NCBI RefSeq assembly: GCF_018977255.1
Contig: NW_024704742.1
Location: forward strand, 110,796,001 to 110,860,000
Source: Callorhinchus milii
Lineage: Eukaryota
Length of the DNA stretch: 64,000 nucleotides
Reading direction: 5' to 3'
In this document: piece by piece, positions 51,010-62,126 of the stretch
How positions within the stretch are numbered: position 1 is the stretch's first letter
How the letters are laid out: each line of letters starts with the position of its first letter
The notes under the pieces: model-generated
What the model saw: only the letters and a program-made list of their open reading frames with translations
The model's database searches: none
Told to the model about the DNA's origin: nothing
Program-made: the position numbers and the translations under genes

Positions 51010-51856
51010 TTTGTTCGACCCTGAGCTGTCCTTTCTCCCTCACATCCGCACCACAACTGGCACCGCCTTCCATCACCTCCGGAACATCGCCAGACTATGG
51101 CACTACCTCACCCCTCACGCTGCTGAAACTCTGGTTCACGCCTTTGTCACCTCAAGGCTGGACTATGGGAACTCTCTCCTCGCCGGCCTTCCGCCACCTC
51201 CCTCCACAAGCTGCAGGTCATTCAGAACTCTGCAGCTCGTGTACTGTCCCGCACCAGGCTTCGGGACCACATCACTCCCACCCTCGCTCGCCTCCACTGG
51301 CTCCCCATCCCCCAGAGGATTGATTTCAAGATCCTCATCCTCACCTACAAGGCCATTCACGGCCTTGCTCCCTCCTACCTCTCCGACCTACTATCCCCCT
51401 ACTTACCTGCCCGTACCCTCCGTTCCTCTGGCTCCAGTCTGCTCCACGTCCCCCGCCCCAACCGCCCTACCATCGGTGGTCGGGCCTTGAGCCTCTCAGC
51501 CCCCAGGCTCTGGAACTCCATCCCCCAGTGCCTTCGCCTTGCTTCCTCCCTTTCCTCCTTCAAGGCCGGTCTCAAAACCTTTCTCTTTGACCGTGCCTTC
51601 ACCTCCCCTCTCGACTCTCTTCCCCCTCCTCGCTCCCTCCCTTCCCTCCCTCACCCTGACCATTTCCCCCCTCCTCGCTCCCTCCCTTCCCTCCCCTCAC
51701 CCTGACCATTTCCCCCCTCCTCGCTCCCTCCCTTCCCTCCCCTCACCCTGACCATTTCCCCCCTGCTCGGGTCATGACCCAACTGTGCAGCGCCTTGGGA
51801 CGTCCTCCTGACGTGAAAGGCGCTTTATAAATGGAATCTTGTTGTTGTTGTTGTTG
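51010..51856 (+). mobile_element. Young L2 LINE, 5'-truncated, inserted into a CR1
   Basis: Near-identical to the reverse complement of 49167-49966, with one frameshift near 51190, three 46-bp repeats in the 3' region and a (GTT)n tail. Confidence 0.97.
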
Positions 51857-51859
51857 ATA

Positions 51860-52470
51860 GGGTATGTACCTGGGCTGAAATCACTAGCAAGAAATATAGA
51901 AATAGTGTGAGGCAGCAATAAACAAGGCAAATAGAATACTGCCAAATAAGTTGAGTGCACAACCCCAGAAATGTTGCTCAAACTGTACTGCAGTCTGATC
52001 AGGCTATATTTACAGTACTTTATAAAGTTCTGGTTGCTCCAACATGGGATGGGGGAACTGGCTATGCTCAAGAAGCCATTCAAAGAAGATCAACAAGGAT
52101 CTTCTCCAGTGTTAGAGTGACGAGTAGTGATCAAATAAGATAGGGCTCATTAGCCTTAAAATGAGATGTCTCAGACGTATATAGAGGTATATGAGATGTT
52201 CACTGGGTTTGACAAAGCTAACTGGAACAATACTTCAGATGCGCCCAGGCACCAGAACAAGAGTTGCAGGTTTAGGGTTGTAAAGGGTAATTTCAGGATA
52301 TTCACTTGGAAGTATTTCTTTACCCAGAGGTTAATTAGCAATTGGAAGCCAGGACGCTGAACTCATTTTAAAAAACAGATTGATGCACTGATGAGAAGAT
52401 GGGGGAGTAGGTATTCTGGAAAGGATGAAATCAGGTGGGCTGAAGGGCTTTCTTCATCATTTTTGTAATC
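51860..52470 (+). mobile_element. Continuation of the interrupted CR1 (ORF2 C-terminus and 3' end)
   Basis: LYKVLVAP, EAIQRRSTR, YIEVYEM, KYFFTQRLISNW and tail gtgggctgaagggctttc. Confidence 0.8.
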
Positions 52471-54769
52471 TTCAGATGATCCTGCATACTGCTTTAGGTG
52501 TCTGTTTGATTTTATAGGACCTTTAAAAACACTTCCTGTGTTTTATCAACACAATACTGAGTCAAGATCTATACAAAGAAATAACTTACCATGTCAAAAT
52601 GTCTCAAAGAATTTTACAGTAATTGTTGTCAAGTGCAGTGATAGCATTTTTACAAATTTATTTGGTCAACCGGGTGTCTGACACATGCGGAAACCCATCA
52701 GCATGCTTAAGAGTATGCAAACCAAACTGAGAATTCTGTACATCCCACCTACACATGGAAATCCCAAAGATAATTTGTTGGAATGGAATGTGTACTCTCT
52801 CCCTGGAGGGATGACATCCTGCTTACCCAATTCCAGAAAGTATTAGGCGCATGTTGGCATTTATAGGTAAGCATTAGCAGCAATTGTACACTCAGCAGGG
52901 TCCCAATAAAAGGCATGAAGTGAGTGATCAATTGATGTGGAGGGATTGTTGGCTAGCATGTCTTTATGTTTTTGAATCATGTCATATTTAATATCCAACT
53001 GAAGAGCAGACAGATGGGTTCTAAGCTAAACATCTCATTTGAAGGATGGACACTGCAGAACTCCTCTCCTCCCATTACTGCACTGTTGTGTCAGCTGAGT
53101 TCCAGTCCCCACAATCTTCTGACCCAGAGGCAAGAGTGCTACCAACTGAGCCAAGCTGGCAAAGTATGTAACCAGCCAGTTACTGAGAATGTGCATCAGA
53201 GCAATTGCCTGAAAAGCTTATCAGTCTCAGACAAACAATGACAATTAACACCAACTAAAGATTATTTTGGTAAGTGTAACAGGAAAGCACGATAAAATTA
53301 AACCTTTGGATATCACAGATGTATTTAAAGCAAGTTGTCGTTATCTCCAATTTGCACACATTACAATCATAACTAATAGGATTAACTCTGAACAGCACAG
53401 GAACCAAAGGCTGTCACATTATAACTTGCATGATTCTTAAATTGTTTCACAATAGTTGAATTCCTTGTCTTAAATTAAGACAATTCCGATTATTTTTATT
53501 GCAAAACCGAAGTAAAAATTCAAAGTTCAAAATGCACAACATCATCAAGATTGAAAAAGGCAGAGAAGATAAATCAAAAAACTATGTTTGGATAAGAACA
53601 GTTTGTAGATTACAGGAGGAAAGGAACAACTGAAGGAGTTAAGGAGGACCTCAGTCTTGTGCTCCTAGAAAGAAATCAGTTTGAGGAGGTTACATTTGAT
53701 TTCAAAACTGAGAATAATGCATAGCAGAGAAACAGCTAATATTCAAACTAAATTATCTTTCTTTTTGGAGATAATCTGTTTCAACATTTATAGCCCGGAG
53801 TGTGAATGCTTACATTTGTGTGCAACTTGACTATTATCTAAGTAGCAACCGAGGACATCAAAGAAAATATTGTATTGCATTCTTTCCTGGTTAATATTTT
53901 TTGTAAAATGTGTTACTTGCATGGTCCATGATAAATTTGATTATGAAGCATACAAAATCATAGGGTCAGAAATCCACTATTCCTTTAATTATCATATTGT
54001 GAAGACTCAAGCGCGAATAGTATGGTATTATTGCTTAGCTTAAACCTCTATAGCAAACGAACATACCATGAAACAGAAATTATTTCATTTGGAACACAGC
54101 GTGGAATTATATACTACTGGATGAATATTTCTATCATATCATCTTCTGAGAAGTAGGGCAAACAGGATGAGCCATCAGAATAAAATACAATAACAGTGGA
54201 TGGAACACAGTCGAGTCCATTTCTTACAAAGGGGTTTTCCTGCCACAAAAAATGTTGCTGGAGTTGAGCTAACATGCCCAACCTAATGAACATTGGCACA
54301 GCCCTCCAATTATCTAAGATGCAAGAGACTTTATAGCTAACAGGAAGCTTTCGCTGGCAGCAAAAGCAACAATTGAAACCAGTTAAATGTCATTCTGCTC
54401 GTCATTGGCCTCCCCATCAAGGATACATCTTTGGGAAAATCTTATAATGGGGCTGAGTTTCAGCTGCTCTTTAAATTTATCTACTTTAGAATTTTACCAT
54501 CAAAGTCAGCAAATTTATCAACTGCAGGAAAATAGGAAAATTTACCAACAGTGTTGATAAATCTACCAGCAAGTAAAGATCACCACTGTGACTTTAAGGT
54601 GCTCATGGGCAGAAATTCCATCCAGGTTTAGACTTAGATTTAGATTTTTTGCTCAGCAATTCTGACCTTGAAAATTATGAACAATTCCGAAATTCAGTTT
54701 TAATTTTGAATCCTGCTTTCTTTGATTTGTTTTATGAAATGCAAAAAAGCAGTTTCAACATTAAGACTG

Positions 54770-55325
54770 AATTTTAAAGTGGGTGCAGGAACAGAGAGAT
54801 CTGGGGGTTCACATACACAAATCTTTGAAGATGGAAGAACAAGTTAGCAAAGTGATTTAAAAAAAGTGTATGGAATTCTTGGCTTTATGAAAAGTGACAT
54901 AGAGTATAAGAGCAAGGAAGTTATGTTGAACCTTTACAAATCTCTGATTAGGCTTCAACTAGAGTATTGTGTCCAATTTTGGGCACCACATTTTAGGAAA
55001 GGTGTCAGGGCCTTAGAGGGGTGCAGAGAAGATTTATAAGATACTATTAATGAGGGGCTACAATTATGTGGAGAGACTGGAGTGGCTGGGATTATTCTCC
55101 TTAGTGCAGAGAAGGTTGAGGGGAGATTTAATAGAGGTGGACAAAATTAAGAGGGGTGATAGAGTGGGTAGGAAGAAATTGTTTCCTCTGGCGGGTGGGT
55201 CATTAACCTGAGGACACAGATTTAAGATAATTGTCAAAAGAACCAGAGGGGGGAACGAGGAGAAATTTATTTACCCAGAGAGCTGTTACAGTCTGGAATC
55301 CTTTCCCTGAAAGGGTGGTAGAACC
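54770..55325 (+). mobile_element. CR1 ORF2 C-terminal fragment
   Basis: gaacagagagatctgggggttc...ctagagtattgtgtccaattttgggcacc...ttatttacccagagagctgtt; homologous to 13963-14604. Confidence 0.9.
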
Positions 55326-56192
55326 TATAATACAGGAGTTGAGATTCTTACTTCCCACTATATCTATATTGCAATTTGTACAGCAATTTGTTCATCAGTC
55401 AGCCAATGATCAGTATTATTACTTGATGCTCATTGGTGAGTTGAGCCTTTCGAATACCTGTACGTAGGGACATATGCTCATAAGAAAAATTTGGATGAAG
55501 AAGACAACTTTGATCTTTGATCTTATCCTTCTAGCATACTCACCATATTTGAAATCACTGGAATTTTTATATTTCAAACACATATTGTTTTCCTGTTCTT
55601 TAGCAGTTTTCCACTCTCCATTCTAACCGTTCCTTTTTCTTCCTCAGGGATTTGTCTTCTTTCGCTGTTGATTTTCTTTGTTTATTGCTCACAACACTAA
55701 ATGCTTCTATCAGGGAATTCAGGGAGACTTAAGTAGAATAAATTGAATGAGACAGAGATTGGGAGAAAGCTGTGTCAGGAGAAATGAAAAGCAGAACAAA
55801 CCTGGAAGTAGGTTTATCTTCTAAACAACAGAGGCCACAGAGGAAAACTCAAAGAACTTGATAAATATTCTGGCTGGGTATTCAAAGCAGTTTTAATGGT
55901 ATTTAAATTAATAAATTACTCTCTGGAGATTATCAAGCAATGAATATTAAACATTTCTGGTCCATTTGCATCAAAATTGTAACATAAACTACATGAAATT
56001 AGAAAAACAATTTCAATATTTATTTTTAAATCTCATCACTCCTGGTACATTCCTATGGATTATCCTAGTATTATATTTCACAAGCCAAGATATAAAACTT
56101 GTAAGATCAAAAGATTATGAAGCCTGAAAGACCATTCATGTGCAAAGAGTGATATTATGGTTGACCACAGAATTTTGCTCACATCTGTATTC

Positions 56193-56966
56193 TCATTGTA
56201 TAACTGCAATAACCACAGCCCCTTCCCACCATGAAAAACGTAAATATTTTCTTCATATTTTTCCATTGTATTGAAGCAATGGGGTAAAAAATGATATGTT
56301 TCTAACAGATTCAACACATTTGTTTCGTCCATTCCTCAAGACTGGCCATGACACTGAACATGTGATTAGAGCACTCACCTCGCAAGTGAGAGACCTGGGT
56401 TTGATTCCCGGCAGGGCGAATGTTGGGCAAGTTTCCTTACCCCATATGCCTCTGTTTACCTAGCAGTAAGTAGGAACCCGAATGTTAGTCCATTGGCAGT
56501 TCACTTTTCTGGGGATAATAATCCCTCAAAAAAAAATTATACTTTGGTCACTCAATCCACAACTGTTTGTGGGACACTGCTGTGCGCAATTGGCTGCCGT
56601 GTTTCACCCAAAAATATACAGCCAGTTCACTTTACAATATATTCTGTGAAGAGACGTCTCGAAGATGTGAAAAGAAGATGCGCTATATCAAATGCCAGGA
56701 TTATTATTACTACCATCACATTCCCCTCCTGCCCGCCCCAACCTTGGCATAATGGTCAGATTTCCTAGATATTCCTAGATGTGTTCCATTCCTTATTTAA
56801 GGAACACTTTTAGAGACACCAAGAGGTGGCACCATTGCAGTCACTTAGCAGGTCTNAAAAAATCATTTTTTACCCCATTGCTTCAATACAATGGAAAAAT
56901 ATGAAGAAAATATTTACGTTTTTCATGGTGGGAAGGGGCTGTGGTTATCGCATAGTTATACAATGA
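56193..56966. repeat. About 103-bp inverted duplication (56193-56295 / 56862-56966)
   Basis: The arms are reverse complements differing by about one substitution and a 2-bp indel. The second arm starts 6 nt after the only N in the window (56856). Confidence 0.9.
56365..56710 (+). mobile_element. tRNA-derived SINE, near full length
   Basis: Colinear with 18668-19012. Confidence 0.85.
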
Positions 56967-57837
56967 TGTTGCATCACAGGAAGGAGTGAGCTAAGCTGGT
57001 ATCCTAATTATTGAACTCTTTTCCACAGGTTTAGTAAGCTGGTATCTTAATTTTAGTTGTATTCAAACATGATTTTCATGAAGAATAGCAAGAATACAAC
57101 TGAGAAATCATCATGCCCAGCGATTACGTTGAGCCAGGGGAAGGAATTCAGTTCCACAGCCAATCTTTATCACATCAATTCTCTTATGACATGTTGGGGT
57201 AACATTTATAGTATTCCCCCTGAGTTACATTCCTTAATTAACACTGTAAGTGACAACACAGGTTGAACCCCTCTCCGAGTAAGTCTCCTCTCAGGAGACC
57301 AGTGCTGCCATTTTATTTTTATCCTGAGGCAACGGCCTAATCAGGCTCTAGGTTATTTTTTTGGTTAATTTTGCTTCCTCAAGGAGAAAGTGATTCCTTT
57401 GTCCAGGAAGGTAAAAGTCCCAAGGCCAAAATAAATAATGTTCACCAACTCACTTTGGACCTGGCTCACCCGCTATACTAAGAAACATTCCTTAAATAAG
57501 AAATAGCACATTTTTAGGAATACTGCAAATTCTGCCATGTTGCATTTTTCACAATATATCCATGTATCCAACTGTGTTTCATGTGTAAAACCGGATTTAT
57601 TACAAGTAAACTATAGTCATAGGATGACTGCTCAACTAAATACAGAGTGGGGTCTAATTAGTAGGTTGGGTTAACCCATATGCAAAAAATGTACATTGTA
57701 GATGCCCGTAATTGTGTAAATAACAGCAAATTGTGAGGAGTCAAAACACCATTATAAGAGGAGATGGAGAGAGAAAAAAATTACCAGAATATTTTAAAAA
57801 ACAGTAGATGTGCTTCTCAAAAACAAGTATTGATGGT

Positions 57838-60800
57838 CAACAACAACAACTTGCACGTCTATAGCGCCCTCCACACAGGGTAGCATCTCAGAGCACTTAA
57901 TAGTGGCACATACTGACTCCGAGCAGGGGGGTGGAGGAGGTGACCGTAAGCATGGTCGAAAAGGAAGGTTTTCAGGTGGGACTTGAAAAAGGGGAGAGAG
58001 GGGACGAGGCAGAGGGATTGAAGGAGAATGTTCCAGAGTTTCGGGGGTTAGTGGTTGAAGGCACAACCTCCGACGGTGAGGAGGAGGGTGCGAAGGACGA
58101 GCAGGAGGCTGGTGCTAGTCAAGCGGAGGTACCGGGAGTGAGGATGTCGGAGAGGTTGAGAGTTGCTAGGGAGTGAATGGATTTGAACATGAGTGTGAGG
58201 ATCTTGAAGTCGATCCATTCAATGATGGGGAGCCAGTGGACCCTGGCCAGAACTGGTGAGATGGAGGTACAGAGTTTGGTCCAGATAAGTGTGTTGACGG
58301 CAGAGTTCGGAATGAGCTGGATCTTTTGAATAGTGCAGCTGGGGAGACCGGCGAGGAGTGCTTTTGAATAATCCAAGCGGGAGGTGACAAAAGCATGCAC
58401 GAGGGTTTCGGCTGCATTAGGGATAAGATATGGTCGAAGGTGGGCAATGTGGCTGAGGTGGAGGAAGACAGTCCTGGTCAGGGACTGGATGTGGGGGAGA
58501 AAGGACAGCTGGGGGTCGAACCGGATGCCTAGATTGTGCACTGGTTCAGTGAGTTTGAGGGAGAGCCCAGGGAGGTTCAGTTTAGATCTGCAGGAGTGAA
58601 AATGTTGACAGGAGCCAAGGAGTATAACTTCCATCTTGTCCACGTTCAGCTGCAGAAAGTTTGCATTCATCCAGGCTCTGATATCTGCCGGACAAGCTGA
58701 CAGAACATCAGAGGACCTGGAGACAATGCTGGAGCAGGCAAAGTAGATTTGTGTGACATCCGTATGCATGTGGAAGTTTAACCCATGTCTACAGATGACA
58801 TCGCCCAGAAGGAGCATGTAGATGAGCAAGATGGAAACTTGGGGTATCCCACAAGTGACTGGGTGGTGGCGGGTGGAGAAACCATTTGCTAAGATTAAGT
58901 GGAGGCATTAAATTAAGCAGAACTCGAATCATGCGAGTGTGGTCCCACTAAGGTGGAATGAAGGAGGAGAGGCGATGGAAGAGGATTGCCATGGTCGACT
59001 GTGTCGAACACAGCAGAGAGAGATCCATGAGGAGGCAGAGGAAGCCCTGGTCACAAATAGAGGGGATGTTGTTTGTAACTTCGGTAAGCGCTGTCTCTGC
59101 TATGGGCAGGGGAAAACCGGACTACAGGGGCTTGGGGAGGGAGTGAAGGTAGAGGTGTGACCGAAATTGACCTACAACAATGCATTCCAGGACTTTAGCA
59201 AAGCGGGATAGGTTGGAAATGAGTCAGTAGTATGAGTGATTAGAGGAATCGAGGGTGGGTTTTTCGAAGAGAGGTGTGATAACAGCAGTTTTCAGGGGGA
59301 ATGGAATAGAGCCCTGGTTGACTGTGTCAGCCAGCAGGAGGAAGAGGAGGGGGATGTTGAGTGACCATCAGCTGGGTGGGGAGCAGGTCAAGGCAGCAAG
59401 TGGTCAACTTCATGTGGGCAATTGTGGTTGAGAGGGAGGAGGGAGAAGTAGGAGTAAAGGAGTGTAAGGAGGGGGGAGTGGCAGGAGCCATGGCGAAGGG
59501 AGAAGGTGTTGTGGATGGTGTGGAAGGTGTGTGTGGTGAAGTGGAAGGGGACAGGGGTGGGGGGACGAGGCAGTCAAGCGGATGTTTTCAATCTTTGAGG
59601 CAAAGAAGTCTACGGACGCTTTGCATTTGGACTTTGATGTGAGGATAGAGGGAGCTAGAGTGGCTGCACGGATGAGGTGATAGATGGTGGAAAATAGTGT
59701 CGTTGGGTTGTTTTTGGCCTCCAGGATGACTTTGGAGTTTTGGCCTGTGAAAGGGAGAGGCGGTAGGTGCACAGGTGTTCGAGCCACAGATGGTGGTGAA
59801 TCGTGAGGCCGGACTTCTGCCATCTGCGCTCGAGTGTACGGGTTTGTGTTTTGAGTGAGCGGAGATGACTGTTGTACTAGGGGGAATGGGTGGATTTGGC
59901 CTTGGATTTCACGGCAGCCAGGGAATTGAAGTTTGTGGAGAGATGGTCATTCAGCAGCTTGATTCCTGCATCAGGATTGCTGCGGGTGGAGGGCCAGAGT
60001 GAGAAGAGGTCTGAGGAAGAGAGGGCATTTGTCAGGGATCAGTGGGAAGCTTTTTCCGGGGGCGGAAAAAATTAATGGAGGGTTTGGAAGAGGGGAGGGG
60101 GATGCGGGAGTAGAGGCAGATGAGGAAGTGGTCTGAGATGGCCTTGTCCATGATGGATAGGTCGGAAATGTCAAGGCCATGTGTGATGACGAGGTCAAGG
60201 GAGTGGCCACGGTTGTCGGTCTGTGAGTTGATGTGGAGGGTGAGGCTTAAGGAGGAGAGGAGAGCAGTGAAATCCAAGGAGGTTGTACAAGAGGAGTTAA
60301 GGTGAAGGTTAAAATCACCCATTATGAGCAGGTTGCAGAGGGATAGGGAAGAGAAGAGGTATTGGTGAGGAAGGAGCCAGGAGGTTTCATGGGCTGGTAA
60401 AGTAGGAGGCTTTTAAGGGAGAAAAAGGAGGGATGGTAGAGGGTGAGGTGCTCAAAGAAGGAGAAGCAGTCAGAGGAAGAGGGGGATAGACCAAGGGAAG
60501 CTTGGGAAATGAGGCCATCCTGTCACCACGTTGGTTGGGGCAGGGGAGGTGTGGTGAAAAGTGTAGCCAGGAGGGAAGGCTTCAACGAGGGAGACAAGGT
60601 CACCTGGGGAGAGCCAAGTTTCTTTAAGCCCAAGAATATCGATGTGCTCATCCAGGATGAGATCATGGATAGTAAAGGCTTTATTGGAGAGGGGAGTGGA
60701 CATTTTGGAGGGAGATGCATATAGGTTTGCTGCTTGGGGGTTGGTGGGGTAGAGGAGAGAGTGGTATAGAGCAGATTTGGGGTCGTGGATGAGAAATGAC

Positions 60801-61480
60801 GGTGGAGTTTGAGGAGTAGGGAGAGTTGGAGAGGGTATAATAATAATAATAATCCTTGCATTTGATATAGCGCTTTTCACATCAGGAGGACGTCCCAAAG
60901 CGCTTCACAGAACACACTGTAAAGTGAATTGACTGTATATTTGTGGCCGAACGCGGCAGCCAATTGCACACAGCAATGTCCCACAAACAGTCGTAGATCG
61001 AAAATGACCAATTTATTATTGTTTTTGGTTTTGGAGGGATTATTATTAGGCGTGTGGAGTAAGGAAACTTGCCCAAGGTTTCGCCCTGCCTGGAATTGAA
61101 CTCAGGTCTCTCGCTTGCAAAGCCAGTGCTCTAACCACTGAGCTACAGGACTCCACAAAGTCCTGTGGATGAGGAAGGGGGAAGGGGTGTTTGCCTTTCG
61201 GTAGCAGTTGATGCGAAGAGAGTGAGCAATGGGAAAGTTGGGGTGGCTGCTCTAGGACAACCAACCAGGAGCCACAATGGGCCTGGCGGAGGATGCCCTG
61301 GCTGGAGCAGAGGGAGGTTATGGTGGGGTCCAGGAGAGAGAGAAGGTGAGGAGGGCAGTGGGAGAGAGGGACAGAGCAGGAGTAGCGGAATGTGAGGTGT
61401 ATTAGCAGGAACATTTTCAGAGGGAGTGGCTCGGGGCAGCAGCCAAAACACACACACAGAGACCAGGAGCGAGCGATTTA
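57838..61480 (-). mobile_element. Long degraded L2 LINE (endonuclease plus RT plus 3' tail), interrupted by a SINE
   Basis: EN motifs (LSNKAFTIHDLILDEHIDILGLKETW, MGDFNLH, GHSLDLVIT, SDHFLI), RT ORF 58119-58829 with a decayed catalytic motif (HTDVTQIY), and a (GTT)n tail at 57838. Confidence 0.93.
60838..61155 (-). mobile_element. tRNA-derived SINE, internally deleted variant, nested in L2
   Basis: Intact head and tail; junction ctccacacgcc/taataataatccctc is the same as in the copy at 36753. Confidence 0.9.
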
Positions 61481-61627
61481 TCAAATTGTCAAAATACATA
61501 AAGTAGCCCTTAAATTTTTTTTAATTTTATTCAGTATTTCCCTTTCTGAATGATCATTTGCTTTTGACATCTTCTTCATTTGGGTGCTGTGCGCATCAGA
61601 ATAAAGTGACAGACAGCTCACTCTCAC

Positions 61628-61814
61628 CTGTCACTGCTATTGAATGGCTGGATCCACACACACAGAATATAGGTCTTCCGAATACGTCAGGCGTGAACGT
61701 TGGTAACATGCCATCTTTAGCACAGATGTCACGCGTGGTCCTGTGTCCGTTCTGCCCGAACTCACCTGAGCCCCAAACAAACAGCAGTTCTTTAGCTTCT
61801 CCTGCCATCATGCA
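61628..61814 (-). CDS. Coding exon of an RCC1-repeat (RLD beta-propeller) protein, probably the first coding exon
   Basis: Encodes MMAGEAKELLFVWGSGEFGQNG...PIFCVCGSSHSIAVT, one full RCC1 repeat (LFxWGxGxxGQxG ... CGxxHSxAxT). Acceptor tttccttttcAG precedes 61814, ATG is at 61811, and a canonical donor ACAG|GTGAGA follows 61628 (phase 1). Confidence 0.8.
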
Positions 61815-62126
61815 CTGAAAAGGAAACCAGTCAAATACAGTATTGACAACTCCCCTTGCAACCAGACAGTCAGTTGTAGCAACACTTTGTTGAAGGGAGG
61901 AGCCAGGATTTGGGGAGCAAAGCTAAAGCCTCACTTTGGAGAGGCACATCAAATGAAAATGTTTTTACATACTCAAGTCTGCAGCTCTGGACAGGGCTGT
62001 TCTTTGCAAAATGGGCTTCACTGATTCTTCTCTTGCTTCATTTTGTGCTTCATGATCTCTTTGCCTATTTAAGTGTACAGGGAAAATTTGTTAACACCAA
62101 AACCAAATCCTGGTTCTGAACTCATT

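Noticed and set aside
50673..51323. 216-aa ORF that could look like a novel fusion protein
   Set aside because: It is chance read-through from a decayed CR1 RT into an out-of-frame L2 insertion.
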